Shown here one piece after another: positions 23,765 through 37,300 of a stretch of 64,000 nt of DNA (position 1 is the first letter of the stretch; each line of letters begins with the position of its first letter). The translations under genes and the position numbers were made by a program. This stretch comes from Squalus acanthias (Eukaryota). Location of the stretch: NCBI GenBank assembly GCA_030390025.1, contig CM059431.1, positions 130,078,001 to 130,142,000 on the forward strand, written 5' to 3'. The notes under the pieces are model-generated. The model was not told the DNA's origin. It saw nothing but the letters and a program-made list of their open reading frames with translations, and ran no database searches.

Positions 23765-24675
23765 CCTCAGGTGGCTTCATACTTGAGTATCAATTGCCAA
23801 ACTGAGGGCAGTTTGGCTGGAATTATACTGCTTGCCTTGTGTTGCTGTGATATGGAAATTGCTTTGCAGTGGCAGAAGATGAGCAATTTAAATGTATCAG
23901 AAGATAATGCAGACTTGAAACATTCTCGGTTGGAAATTGGTTATTGCCTGTTTTTGTTATGGTCTATAACTCACGCTGTGCGTGGAGCGTACACCCTAAC
24001 CGGGAGGCCTGAGAATTGGCCCTCAAGCCTTGTTTCAAAAATTTAGGCATGCTGCCGGTGTCTGTTGTACCTCCAGAGGCAGCTCACTTATTTGGAGCGC
24101 ATTAATTTTGGCCAGCAGTTTCAGTTAGATTTAGCGTAGTTATGGAAAAGGACAAGGATAGACCAGGAATAAAAGTTCTCAATTAGGGAAAAGCTAATTT
24201 TACTAAGCTGAGATGTGATTTAGCCAAAGTGGACTGGAGACAGAAATTTAAAGGTAAATCAGTGTCAGAGCAGTGGGAGGCATTCAAGGAGGAGATAGTG
24301 AGGGTTCCGAGCAAGTATGTTCCCTTAAAGAAAAAGGGTGCGACTAACAAATTTAGAGCTCCCTGGATGTCGAGGGCATACAGGGAAGGATAAAGAAAAA
24401 CAGGGAAGCTTATGACAGATACCGAGGGCTCAATACTGCAGAAAGCCTAGAGGAGTATAGAAAGTGCAGGGGTGAAATTAAAAAGGAAATTAGGAAAGCA
24501 AAGAGAGGGCATGAAAAAATATTGGCAAGTAAAATCAAGGAAAACCCAAAGATGTTATATAAATACATTAAGAGCAAGAGGATAACTAAAGTAAGAATAA
24601 TGTCTATTAGGGACCTGTAAAGGTAACCTGTATGTGGAGGCGGAAGACATGGGTATAGTTCTTAATGAATACTTT

Positions 24676-25949
24676 GGCCGTGATTTTTCGGTTCGAGGCG
24701 GCTTGGGTGCAGGACAGCAGCCTTCCGGGTTCCAGTCCCGCCCTCAACGACATCAGACGCACAAACGTGATTTTGTGTCAATTGGCCTTGATAAGCCCGC
24801 CCTGCGGGCTTGCCAAGGCCAATTAAGAGGAAGCCGGTGTCAGATGACGTCAGTTGATGACATGTCATCTGCCAATTTTCTTAAAGGGGCCACGCACATT
24901 TTTTTGACAGCTGATTTCTCAGTGTTTGACAGCATTGAGGTGCTGCAAACACTGACAATGACTGTTCACAGGTGAGCACTTGCACCCAGGCTCTCCAGTG
25001 CCACCCTCCTTAGGCTAGAACAGATGGCAGCTGCAGGTGAGGTTACAGAAGTGATCTGTCACCAGTGAGAGAGGTTCTCCCAATGAGGTGGGACTACACA
25101 TACAGATCTTGTTGCCTACAGAAAAGTGTAAATGCATTAAAAATGATTTTCCCAACATTATCTTACCTCTGAAACTCACCAGTGCACCATTGGATCCTTC
25201 ACACCTCTTCTGCAGCTGTCATCAATGCAGAAACATTACAGTAGACCCACAGCACGCCACACTTACCTGGCGTGGTGTCCGGATGTTGGGAAACATAGAA
25301 ACATAGAATCTAGGAGCAGGAGTAGGCCATTCGGCCCGTCGAGCCTGCTCCACCATTCAATACGATCATGGCTGATCATCCAAATCCAGTACCCTGTCCC
25401 TGCTTTTATCCCCACAGTACACATATCCCACCCTACCCCCGTAACCCCACGTATTTAATTCCCCCTAACATATCCCATCCTATCCCCATAACCCCACATA
25501 TTTAATCCCCCCTAACACTAAGGGTCAATTTATCATAGCCAAATCAACCTAACCTGCACATTTTTGGACTGTGGGAGGAAACCGGAGCACCCGGAGGAAA
25601 CCCACGCAGACACGGGGAGAATGTGCAAACTCCACACAGACAGTCACCCGAGGTCAGATTCGAACCCGGGTCTCTGGCGCTGTGAGGCACCAGCCCGCAG
25701 TAGAACTGTCAAAATTGCAAAAAGCCTCTTAACTGCCTGTTAACAACCTGTTAACAGGCAGTTAAGTGGCTATAATCCTCTTCCCGCTGCTAGGTGTCGG
25801 GTCCATGCGCAAATTGGGGACCTGACACTTGGGAAGATTGATTGGAGGCGGGTTGACAGCGGGTTTCCGACCCGCTGTCAATCTTTGTGATTTTGCCAGA
25901 TGTCCCGTCTCCAAACCCGCCCCCACTAAGCGCCAGCAAAATTCCGGCC
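24676..25949. mobile_element. Non-autonomous Harbinger-type element (3-bp TSD TTT)
   Basis: TIRs ggccgtgatttt / aaaattccggcc with TTT on both flanks. Removing it restores the CR1 sequence GAATACTTTGCGTCT. Confidence 0.8.
25290..25695 (-). mobile_element. V-SINE (HE1-like) tRNA-derived SINE with CR1-type 3' tail
   Basis: Minus strand has a B-box (cgggttcgaatc), a V-domain (gtgtggagtttgcacattctccccgtgtctgcgtgggtttcctccgggtgctccggtttcctcccaca) and a tail matching the CR1 3' end at 1895-1986. Confidence 0.82.
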
Positions 25950-27240
25950 TTTGCGTCTGTTTTCACAAAAGAGAGGGATGATGTAGAAATTGCAATCAGA
26001 GAGGAGGAGTGTGAAATATTAGACGAAATAACCATCGTGAAAGAGGAAGTAATAAGGGGTTTAGCATCTTTGAAAGTGGATAAATCACCAGGCCCAGATG
26101 AAATGTATCTCAGACTGTTAAGAGAAGTAAGAGAGGAAATAGCAGAGGCTCTGACCATCATTTTCCAATCCTCTCTGGCTACAGGTGTGGTGCCAGAGGA
26201 CTGGAGGAATGTGGTACCATTGTTTAAAAAGGGAGAAAGGGATAGACCGAGTAATTACAGGCCAGTCAGCCTAATCTCGGTGGTGGGAAAATTATTGGAA
26301 AAAATTCTGAGGGACAGGATAAATCTTCATTTAGAAAGACACGGATTAATCAGGTACAGTCGGCATGGATTTTTTAAGGGAAGGCCGTGTCTGACTAACT
26401 TGATTGAATTTTTTGAGGAGGTAACAAGGAGGGTCGATGAGGGTAGTGCGTTTGATGTAGTCTATATGGATTTTAGCAAGGCTTTTGATAAGGTCCCGCA
26501 TGGCAGACAGGTCACAAAAGTAAAAACCCATGGGATCCAAGGCAAAGTGGCAAGTTGGATCCGAAATTGGCTCAGAGGCAGGAAACAAAGGGTAATGGTT
26601 GAAGAGTGTTTTTGTGACTGGAAGGCTGTTTCCAGTGGGGTTCCGCAAGGCTCAGTACTGGGTCTTTTGCTTTTTGTGGTATATATCGGTGATTTGGACT
26701 TGAATGTAGGAAGTATGATTAAGAAGTTTGCAGATGATACAAAAAATTGGCCGTGTGGTTGGTAGTGAGGAGGAAGGCTGTAGACTGCAAGAAGATATCA
26801 ATGGACTGGTCAGGTGGGCAGAACAGTGGCAAATGGAATTCAATCCGGAGAAGTGTGAGGTAATGCATTTGGGGAGGGCTAACAAGGCAAGGGAATACAC
26901 CATAAATGGGAGGACACTGAGAAGTGCAGAGGATCAGAGGGACCTTGGAGTGCATGTCCACAGATCCCTGAAGGTAGCAGGACAGGTAGATAAGGTGGTT
27001 AAGAAGGTATATGGGATACTTGCCTTTATTAGCCGAGGCATAGAATATAAGAGCAGGGAGGTTATGCTTGAACTGTATAAAACACTAATTAGGCCGCGGC
27101 TAGAATACTGCGTGCAATTGTGGTCACCACATCACAGGAAGGATGTGATTGCACTAGAGAGGGTGCAGAGGAGATTTACGAGGATGTTGCTGGGGCTGGG
27201 GAATTTTAGCTATGAGGAAAGATTGGATAGGCTGAGGTTG

Positions 27241-27458
27241 TTTTCATTGGAACAGAGGAGGCTGAGGGGAGACCTAATTGAGGTGTATAAAACTATGAGG
27301 GGCCAAGATAAGAGTGGATCGGAAGGACCTATTTCCCTTAGCAGAGGGGTTTTCATTGGAACAGAGGAGGCTGAGGGGAGACCTAATTGAGGTGTATAAA
27401 ACTATGAGGGGCCAAGATAAGAGTGGATCGGAAGGACCTATTTCCCTTAGCAGAGGGG
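27241..27458. repeat. 109-bp exact tandem duplication inside CR1
   Basis: 27241-27349 is repeated at 27350-27458. Confidence 0.9.
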
Positions 27459-29280
27459 TCGATAACCAGGGGGCATAGATGTAAAGTAATTGGTAGAAGG
27501 TTTAGAGGGGATCTGAGGAGAAATGTTTTCACCCAGAGGATGGTGGGGGTCTGAAACTCACTGCCTGAAAGGGTGGTAGAGGCAGAGACCCTCATCACAT
27601 TTAAAAAGTACTTGGATGTGTACTTGAAGTGCCGTAACCTGCAAGGCTACGGACCAAGAGCTGGAAAGTGGGATTAGGCTGGATAGCTCTTTGTCAGCTG
27701 GCATGGACAAGATGGGCTGAATGGCCTCCTTTGCTGTAAATTTCCATGATTCTATGACTCTCGGGTAAGTCCTGCAAAGTGGTGGGGGGCGGGGGAAAGA
27801 GGGAGGAAAACTGGATTGTGGGGGCGATTGCAGGTCATCCTGTGGAGCTGCTTCTTCTGGCTTTGCATCAAACTTAAATCATTTATCTAACTTTTGGTGG
27901 CGGCCACATGCTAGGCTGCATCCATGCTCGAAAAACTTGAGCGAAGCAGGCCCGATGACTGGTGTTAGGCCCCTCATTTATATATGTATGGAGTCCAGCA
28001 CCTGTTTTAGGTGATTACCTGAAAAATCATCCCAGCAAATTTAGGGTCAGATGTATTTCAGGCACACTTGGGATGTGGGGGACAGCATTGTAAAATTGGT
28101 GCTCTTATGGCGCCCATAAATGGGTGCAGCAGAGTCCAATTTTGACCCCACTGCATCGTGTGGGCACCCAAATACAGATAGACAGAGCATGAATTAAGTG
28201 ATCTGTGCAATGAATACCATTCCTGAGCAAAAGGAGTTTGTTGACTAAAATTCAACAAAAATGAATTGAGGAATGGAACTCTCATCTCTATATCGACATT
28301 GTCACAATTAATACGATAACTCTTGACTTCACTGTAACTTGGGAAAGTCTGGAGCTAGTATTGTAGTATTTATGTTGCTTTGAAAGGTCAAACACATATG
28401 ATTTTTAGTAAGTGAGCTGCATGATTGATGTTTTGAAACTGGATAAACATGTTTATGGGCAAGAAAAATCAATAAAATAGAATAAAATAGAGGTATTGGT
28501 GCCGGTAGCATAACTTGTGTCTTTAAATCAGGATTTGTTTTCTAGTTAATGAGTTGTAAAATAGTTTCAAATATAATTGACTAATTAGCATGTTTTAATG
28601 GGATGATAGCGGTTGGACAATTCACTAATCATTTGGCAAAGTAATGTCAAAAATGCATTCTTGCTTAGACGAGGAGGTACATTTCTAGAATTTTGAATTT
28701 TACTGCTGAAATGAGATATCTACCCACATCCTGATACATTTAACCTGTTGGTTCTGGTATTTTTAACTGGTTCATTCAGAGGGTGGCTTGACTTGTGCAG
28801 TTGTAGCACAGAAATTATTTGCTGTGAATGAATGTTATGTTTGCATCAATTTCCAAACAATTAGGGCAAGTAATTTGTCGTAGGATGACATGCCACAACA
28901 AATCTCATGATTTCTATCCTTGCAGTATGCAGCACGATTTTCTACATGAGTAATGCCATTTTATCTTAAATAGTCCCTGATGCAGTGAAAGTGCCTGTTT
29001 ATGAGTGGATATCAGCAATAATAAATAACTTGCTGCAATAAATCTCTTACCCGAAGAACAATACATTAATATGATGTGATGGAAAGCATGGTTATTGCAC
29101 AATCAGACAATGTGGGAGAAGGTACAAATGAAGTTTGTTGTGTGTATTAGACAAAACATTGCAGGAAATTTTGTACTCCGGCAATCGTGAGATAGGGAAA
29201 TATCGGGGTGTGGATGGGGTCAGCTGATCGCGGCAGTGAGGAAAGGCCGTGATTGGCAGTAGGTTTGCTTGAGGGGCCAG

Positions 29281-29745
29281 GGTGTCAGCTGTGGCTCAGT
29301 TGGTAGCACACTCGTCTCTGAGTCAGAAGGTTGTGGGTTCAAGTCCCACTCCAGGGACTTGAGCACATAAAGCTAGGCTGACACACCAGTGCAGTGCTGA
29401 GGGAGTGCTGCGCTGTCGGAGGTGCCGTCTTTCGGATGAGACATTAAACCGAGGCCCCATCTGCTCTCTCAGGTGGACGTAAAAGATCCCATGGCACTAT
29501 TTCGAATAAGAGCAGGGGAGTTCTCCCTGGTGTCCTGGCCAATATTTATCCCTCAATCAATATAACAAAAACAGATTATCTGCTCATTATCACATTGCTG
29601 TTTGTGGGAGCTTGCTATGTGCAAATTGGCTGCCGCATTTCCCACATTACAACAGTGACTACACTTCAAAAAATTACTTAATTGGCTATAAAGCGCTTTG
29701 GGACGTCCGGTGGTCGTGAAAGGCGCTATATAAATGTCTTTCTTT
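29281..29745 (+). mobile_element. Full-length Deu-SINE-like SINE (SacSINE1-like)
   Basis: tRNA-like head with A box tggctcagttgg and B box ggttcaagtcc, a Deu-type core, and an L2-like tail aaaggcgctatataaatg. Confidence 0.85.
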
Positions 29746-29928
29746 AGGGGGAAGTACTCCTGCTCCTCCTGGCTTACCAAAAGTGCTCTAAAAAGCACTT
29801 ACCTTCTTCAGCCGGCAGCTCTCGTCTCCATTTCACTGCCGGTTTCCCGTGCCTTGGGAAACCCGGCCGGCAACCATTAAATTTAAATCAGGCTCCTAAT
29901 TGCACTGTGGGAGCCATATTTAAATATA

Positions 29929-30004
29929 ATAAAGTGTCCCATCTTTCCAAGACAGAACACGTACACGGCTCTGTGTTCTGTCTTGGAGAGATGGGACACT
30001 TTAT
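29929..30004. repeat. 32-bp-arm hairpin
   Basis: 29929-29960 is the reverse complement of 29973-30004 (31/32 match), with a 12-nt loop. Confidence 0.9.
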
Positions 30005-31109
30005 AGAAAAACTAAAGAACTAAAATGAGGGTAGTGGTGTGTCAGGCATTCTGTAGCACAAGCCTGCTGTGCCATATAATGTTAGGGCATGGGCAATTTC
30101 CCAATCTGGGTTATGGCCAGGTACCAATGGTCATGCAAGAACAGCGCTGGAAGATGCCTAGGAACAAATTGTTTACCCGACATTTTGACAAACATTTGGT
30201 ACACAGCTTATGGAACCTTAGGAAACCTTTAAATCTTAAATTAAAAAAAAATACTAAAACCAGCAAGTGATTGAGAATTATTTAGGCTTGCATGTTTAAT
30301 GTTAAAATTTGAATTGGACAAGTGCTAAGCAGTCTAACAATTTGTGTTGCACGATAAAACGGCAATAAAAATAGCCTGTCATCTTACTGTTAATTTTAGT
30401 ATATGTTAAATATGATTAAATAATATGGTGTTGCAGAATACATTATTTTCAACGGAGACCGACTTCATTTAGTTAAATTTTCCAACTCTGAGAAACTTAC
30501 TCATGACACTGTCCTCGGTTATAGTTATAACAATAGTTAGTTAAAATATCTGTCTTTGTTTCCTAAACCTATAAAAATCCTCACTGTGTACAATAGTCAA
30601 TGATTTATGCTGCAGTTTGCAACACTGGTTCTGGACCTTTTTAAGAATTTACAGTGTTGGCAGGAGCAATAGTTTTGATTCATGTATGCACATGTGATTC
30701 CTGCACTAAAACACCAGAAATTATATTCATTAAGGCAAAACTGAAAACATGATTTTCCTACAGCAGCTGTTAGGCTGAAAAATGTTGAGCTTAATATGAT
30801 TTAGTTTGCCTTTCTAGTATAATAAAAGTAATCTGACAGCAGCATTGTCTGGCAGCCTTTACAAGGCGACTATATCATTTGGAATAAAACTTGTGGAGCT
30901 AATCAGGTCAGTGTTGGCTTAGTACAGATAAGCAATATTTTTTTCCTCTACTGGCTGCAAATTCAATTCAAGTGGTTGATTTCATAACGAGGATTTGGAT
31001 AATCTTGGCTTTAGTTAAAAAAAAGATATTAAGCATTTTCCTAAACAATTATAACTTACCCATATTACCCATCTTTTCTAAATATGTCATTACAGACCAA
31101 AGCACTATT

Positions 31110-31600
31110 AACTGACAACCCTGGTCGGCCGCCCACCTTGCACCCTCCGTAAACTTGAGCTTATCCAAAACTCTGCTGCCTGTATCCTAATTTGCACCAA
31201 GTCCTGTTTACTCATCACCCCTGTGCTCGCTGATTTGTATTGGCTCCCAGTCTGGCAACACCTCGATTTTAAAATTCTGATCCTTGTTTTCAATCCCTCC
31301 ATGGCCTCGCCTCTCCCTATCTCTGTAACCTCCTCCAGTCCTACAACCCTCCGAGATCTCTGCACTCCTCCAATTCTGGCCCCATGCGCATCCTCCCTCC
31401 CTAAACCTCTTTGCCTCTCTACCCCTCTCTCCTCCTTTAAGATGCTCCTTAATACCAACCTCTTTGACCAAGCTTTTGGTCACCTGTCCTAATATCTTCT
31501 TATGTGACTTGGTGTCAAATTCTGTTTGATAACACTCCTGTGAAGCACTTTGAGATGTTTTACTACATTAAAGGCACTATCTAAATGTAAGTTGTTGATG
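31110..31600 (+). mobile_element. L2 LINE 3' fragment
   Basis: IQNSAA...ITPVLADLYWLPV..FKIL motifs and tail aaaggcactatctaaatgtaagttgttg. Confidence 0.8.
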
Positions 31601-31864
31601 ATGTTTTAATTGAAACATTTAGCAATGGTGAGTACTATTGCTGGCGAGTACCAGCAAATTAGTACTTATACTACTTTCCTGAATTCAGTAGTCTTATGGA
31701 CTGTGGGCTTAGAAACAGTTATGATATTAAATGAAGATGCATGTACATTTTCAAAACATTTACATTTGGTTACAGGTTTTTTTCTTGCTTCGATGATAAA
31801 TTTAGTACTCTGGTAAAGTAAGTAAAATTTCTACACAAGGAAACTTGTCACACTGTAATTACAT

Positions 31865-32250
31865 TCTCCCATCATCCTTGTCCTTACTGATCTTCACTGA
31901 CTCCCAGTCTCCCAACACCTCACAATTAAAATTCTTATCCTTGTGTTTAAATCTCTGCATGGCCTTGCCCCTCCCTATCTCTATCACCTCCTTCAACTCC
32001 ATCTCCCCCCTTCCCTAACTCTCCATTCCACTGCCTCTGGCCTCTCCCACTCCCTTCACCTTACCATTAGTGGCACTGCCTTCAGCCCCTCCTCTTTCTT
32101 CTCTTCCTTAAGCACCACCTCTTTGAGCAAGCTTGTGGTCACCCCTCCTAACATCTCTTTCTTTGGATTGGTGTCATTCTTTTCTTACACCACTGTAATG
32201 TCTTGGGACTTTTTTCTACCTTAGTGGTGCTAGGGAAATGCCTGCTGGTG
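31865..32250 (+). mobile_element. Decayed L2 3' fragment
   Basis: KILILVFKSLHGLAPPYL motif. Confidence 0.65.
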
Positions 32251-33370
32251 GCAGTGGTTTATGCTGCATTAAAGGAGTGTATGTCTGTGTGAGAGACAGT
32301 GAATAAATAAGGAGTTAAAGGATAAAAATCAAAGGATGATACTATCAATGAGCTTTGGGGGAGGGCTCCAGTGTCATTCTTCCCCACTTTTCTTGCCTCC
32401 ATGCCCAGAATCTCCAAGGTCCATTTCTTAAATGGAGTCACCGTCACAGTTTAGATAATTCTCTTCTCTTTCCCCCATACCTCCCCACCGACCTCCTCCA
32501 CCCCCCAGTATGCATTCACTGTTGTGGATTATTTGCAGCTTTGTATGAGAGAAAATCTGTGTGACCCGAGTGCAGACCAGCAGCCAACATATGTGTGAGC
32601 AGCATGCTTAGTTTTTGTTACTTGCCATATTTTGTGTGTTACTCGACTACACCTCATTGTGATGAGAGCAAGACAGGCATGCCTGTCCATTTGGAATTTA
32701 TGGTAGAACTGGGCACTATCCCTCTGTGATGCTACACTGAAGTGCTATTAAGCTATGTTGTTAAAACAAAATTGTTAAATTTATGTAGTGTAAGTACAAT
32801 TACCTTGGTAACTTGTTTGGCACAAACAGTTCTTCCTCACCTACTCCCGGGCTCAGGCCATAGTTCAGACAGAATTTACTTTCTCTGCTACCTTCATGCA
32901 AGCTGCTATAATGGTTCTGCTGATTGGAGGGTGCCTCTCTGCTTCAAAGAGATCCAGCTTTCTCTTTGGAACCTCTGAAGTAGCATCTTGGATTTTATTC
33001 ACTGACCAATAACCCTCTCTCTTCCCAAGTATAGTACTGTCCACTTGTCCTCAATATTCTCTCATATTTATCTGCTCTGTGAGTTCCTCTACCCCATTTT
33101 TCTGAAGCTGAATCTTTTTCTTTCACATTTTGATTAACTAACAATTTTCAGATTTTTTCTCTATTATTCTTGGTGCTTACATCCTGCAGTGAATACTCAT
33201 AGCCTTCATCATACCTACCTACATCTTCCCACAAGTCATTTTAAACATTTTTAGAAAGAGTCCTGCTTTTGTGATCAGAAAGTAATCTCTCATCAGGTAG
33301 TGAAATATTGAGTTTGCACCTGTGGAGTTTTAAACTGTCATACTCATCTTACCTCCGAGTCAAATATCCA

Positions 33371-33520
33371 TTCTGACGAAAGGTCTTCGACCTGAAACGT
33401 TAACACTGTTTCTCTCTCCACGGATGCTGCCTGGCCTGCTGAGTTTTTCTAGCGTTTTCTGTTGTTCCACGGATGCTGCCTGGCCTGCTGAGTTTTTCTA
33501 GCGTTTTCTGTTGTTATTTC
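33371..33520 (+). mobile_element. Penelope 3'-end fragment with canonical hammerhead core and 49-bp tandem duplication
   Basis: CTGACGA-a-aggtcttcgacct-GAAACGTT at 33373-33401, homologous to 635-732. Bases 33418-33466 are repeated at 33467-33515. Confidence 0.75.
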
Positions 33521-34371
33521 AAAGTTCTTATTGTTAGCTGTGGTCCCCTCTAACTTTTCTTTCAGGTGCTAGGTAGTTTGTTTTTTATTTGACTTCTCAA
33601 ATGCTCCTTTTTAACTTTGCTAATCTCAAATGCATCACTTTTAATTTTACTGCAACCCTTTAAAATTTTTATCTGCATCTGCCTCATGTTGCCTGCCAAT
33701 TCTGGAGAGAGAAGATCTTCCAGAGTGAAGTTCAGCACTTTTCTTTTCAAGTACTTACAGGCAAAACCTGCTGAGGTACAGCTATTAAGTTGCCATTCTC
33801 CCAAGTTAATTCACAACCTGAGCCATGACTCCTCTTGTCTTGTTTAGCACAAGAACCATGTGATGTGGCTGCACAAGTGCACACATAGGCTTGGATGAGA
33901 AAAGGTTAGACTTGACTCTACACTGATTTTAAAGTCCGAAGATAGACAAAGTGGGCATTCGGTCCAAATGTTGCTCATGTAAAATGATTGGCATGCATGC
34001 TAATAAATATATTTCCTATTGGCAGTACCATATTAGAAGTAAATGCTGATTAAACAGTCATCTCTAACTCTTGTTGCGCTTCATATCTATGATTTATTTT
34101 GAACAGAAAAGAATGAATTGTTCACACTTTTCCTCTGCATTAAATATAGAATCATAGAATCTTACAGCACAGAAGGAGCCCATTCGGCCCATCGTGCCAG
34201 TGCTGGCTCTTTGAAAGAGCTATCTAATTAGTCCCATTCCCTTACTCTTTCCGTATATCACAGGAAATTTTTCCTTTTCAAGTATATATTGAATTCCCTT
34301 TTGAAAGTTACTATTGAATCTGTTTCCACCACCCTTTCAGGCAGTGAATTCCAGATCATAAGAACTCGCTG

Positions 34372-37300
34372 CATAGAGTCATAGTCATAGAAAGAGGCCC
34401 TCCAGCCCATCGTGTCTGCGCCGGCCATCAAGCCCTGTCTATTCTAATCCCATTTTCCAGCACTTGGTCCGTAGCCTTGTATGCTATGGCGTTTCAAGTG
34501 CTCATCTAAATGCTTCTTGAATGTTGTGAGGGTTCCTGCCTCTACCACCCTTTCAGGCAGTGAGTTCCAGATTCCAACCACCCTCTGGGTGAAAAAGTTT
34601 TTCCTCAAATCCCCTCTAAACCTCCTGCCCCTTACCTTGAAACTATGCCCCCTGGTTATTGACCCCTCTGCTAAGGGGAAAAGTTCTTTTCTATCTACCC
34701 TATCTATGCCCCTCATAATTTTGTACACCTCAATCAGGTCCCCCATCAGCCTTCTCTGCTCTAAGGAAAACAACCCCAGCCTGTCCAGAATCTCTTCATA
34801 GCTGAAACGCTCCAGCTCAGGTAACATCCTGGTGAATCTCCTCTCCACCCTCTCCAATGCAATCACATCCTTCCAATAGTGTGGCGACCAGAACTGCACA
34901 CAGTATTCCAGCTGTGGCCTAACTAGTGTTTTGTACAGCTCCATCATAACCGCCCTGCTCTTATATTCTATGCCTCGGCTAATGAAGGCAAGTATCCCAT
35001 ATGCCTTCTTAACCACCTTATCTACCTGTTCTGCTGCCTTCAGGGATCTATGTACATGCACACCAAGGTCCCTCTGATCCTCTGTCCTTCCCAGGGTCCT
35101 ACCATTCATTGTGTATTCCCTTGCCTTGTTAGTCCTCCCAAAATGCATCACCTCACACTTTTCAGGGTTAAATTCCATTTGCCACTGTTCTGCCCATCTG
35201 ACCAACCCGTCTATATCGTCCTGTAGCCTGAGGCTTCCCTCCTCGTTATTTACCACTCCACCAATTTTCGTGTCATCTGCGAACTTACTGATCATACCTC
35301 CTACATTCATATCTAAATCATTAATGTACACTACAAACAGAAAGGGACCCAGCACCGATCCCTGCGGTACACCACTGGACACAGGCTTCCAGTCACAAAA
35401 ACAACCTTTGACCATCACCCTCTGCCTTCTGCCACCAAGCCAATTTTGGATCCAATTTGCCCTGGATCTCATGGGCTCTTACCACCTTGACCAGTCTCCC
35501 ATGCAGGACTTTGTCAAAAGCCTTACTGAAGTCCATGTAGACTACAACAACTGCACTATCCTCATCCACACACCTAGTCACACCCTCGAAAAATTCAAAC
35601 AAATTGGTTAGACATGATCTCCCCCTGACAAAGCCATGCTGACTATCCTTGATTAATCCTTGCCTCTCCAAGTGGAGACTAATTCTGCCCCTCAGAATTT
35701 TTTCCAATAATTTCCCTACCACTGATGTTAGGCTCACTGGCCTGTAATTCCCTAGTTTATCCCTACTACCCTTTTGGAATAATGGTACTACGTTAGCTGT
35801 CCTCCAGTCCTTTGGCACCTCCCCTGTGGCCAGAGAGGTTCTAAAAATTTGTGTCAGAGCCCCTGCAATCTCCTCCCTTGCCTCACACAGTAGCCTGGGA
35901 TACATCTCGTCTGGGCCTGGGGATTTATCCACTTTTAAGCCCGCTAAAACCGCTAGTACCTCCTCCCTCTCAATGCTAATTTGTTCAAGTATATCTCAAT
36001 CCCCCTGCCTGATTTCTATGCCTACATCGTCCTTCTCCATAGTGAACACAGATGCAAAATATTAATTTAAAACCTCACCTACATCTTCCGGCTCTACACA
36101 CAGATTGCCACTTTGGTCCCTAATGGGCCCTACTCTTTCCCTGGTTATCCTCTTGCCCTTAATATACTTATAAAACATCTTGGGATTTTCCTTTATTTTG
36201 CCCGCCAATGTTTTTTCATGCCCCATCTTCGCTCTCCTAATTTCTTTTTTAATACTCCCCTGCACTTTCTATACTCCTCTAGTGCTTCCACTGTTTTTAG
36301 TCCTTTGTATCTGCCAAAAGCCTCCCTTTTTTTCCTAATCCATTCTTGTATATCCTTGACATCCAGGGTTCCCTGGACTTGTTGGTCCCACCCTTGACCT
36401 TTTACGGGAACATGTTGGCGCTGTACTCTCTCTATTTCCTTTCTGAATGACTCCCACTGCTCTGATGTGGATTTTTCTACAAGTAGCTGATCCCAGTCCA
36501 CTTTGGCCAGATCCTGCCTTATCATATTAAAATCAGCCTTCCCCCAATTTAGAACCTTTATTTCCGGTCCATCTTTGTCCTTTTCCATGACTACCTTAAA
36601 TCTCACCGAATTACGGTCACTGTCACCAAAATGCTCTCCTACTGACACTTCTACCACTTGCCCAGCTACATTCCCTAGAATTAGGTCCAGTACCGCCCCC
36701 TCTTGTAGGACTTTCTACATGCTGGCTCAAAAAGCTCTCCTGGATGCACTTTAAGAATTCCGCACCCTCTAAGCCTTTCACACTCTGACTATTCCAGTTA
36801 ATATTGGGGAAGTTGAAATCCCCTACTATTATTACCCTATTATTTCTACACTTCTCTGAGATTTGCCTACATATCTGTTCCTCTATCTCCCCCTGACTGT
36901 TTGGGGGCCTGTAGTACACTCCCAGCAAAGTGCTTGCCTCCTTTTTGTTTTTAAGTTCTACTCATATGGCCTCATTAGAGGAACCTGCTAAAATATCATC
37001 CCTCCTTACTGCAGTAATTGACTCCGTGATTAATATTGCGACACCCCCTCCCTCCTTACTGCAGTAATTGACTCCGTGATTAATATTGCGACACCCCCTC
37101 CTCTTTCACACCCCCCTCTGTCTCGCCTGAAGATTCTATACCCCGGAATATTGAGCTGCCAGTCCTACCCCTCCCTCAACCATGTCTCTGTGACAGCAAC
37201 AATATCATACTCCCATGTGTTCATCAACACCTTCAATTCATCTGCCTTACTCGTAAGACTCCATGCATTAAAATAAATGCCATCCAGCCTTGCCATACTC

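Larger units (their letters stand above)
24120..27761 (+). mobile_element. CR1 LINE (ORF2 from late endonuclease to tail), interrupted at 24676-25949
   Basis: LNEYF|ASVFT is split by the insert. ORFs 25887.. and 26728.. carry KSPGPD, DFSKAFDKV, QGSVLG and FADDTK. Tail ttccatgattctatgactct. Confidence 0.92.

Noticed and set aside
27762..29280. Further GC-rich MITE-like remnants (27762-28149, 29160-29280; also 18490-18615, 42950-43100, 43279-43380, 47920-48330)
   Set aside because: Single TIR-like ends only. I could not pair termini or find TSDs, so they are not listed as features.
29281..29355. tRNA gene (also 59326-59380 and 25640-25695)
   Set aside because: The A/B boxes continue directly into SINE bodies and tails.
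33418..33515. CRISPR-like or other spaced repeat array
   Set aside because: It is a simple two-unit tandem duplication without spacers, in eukaryotic DNA.
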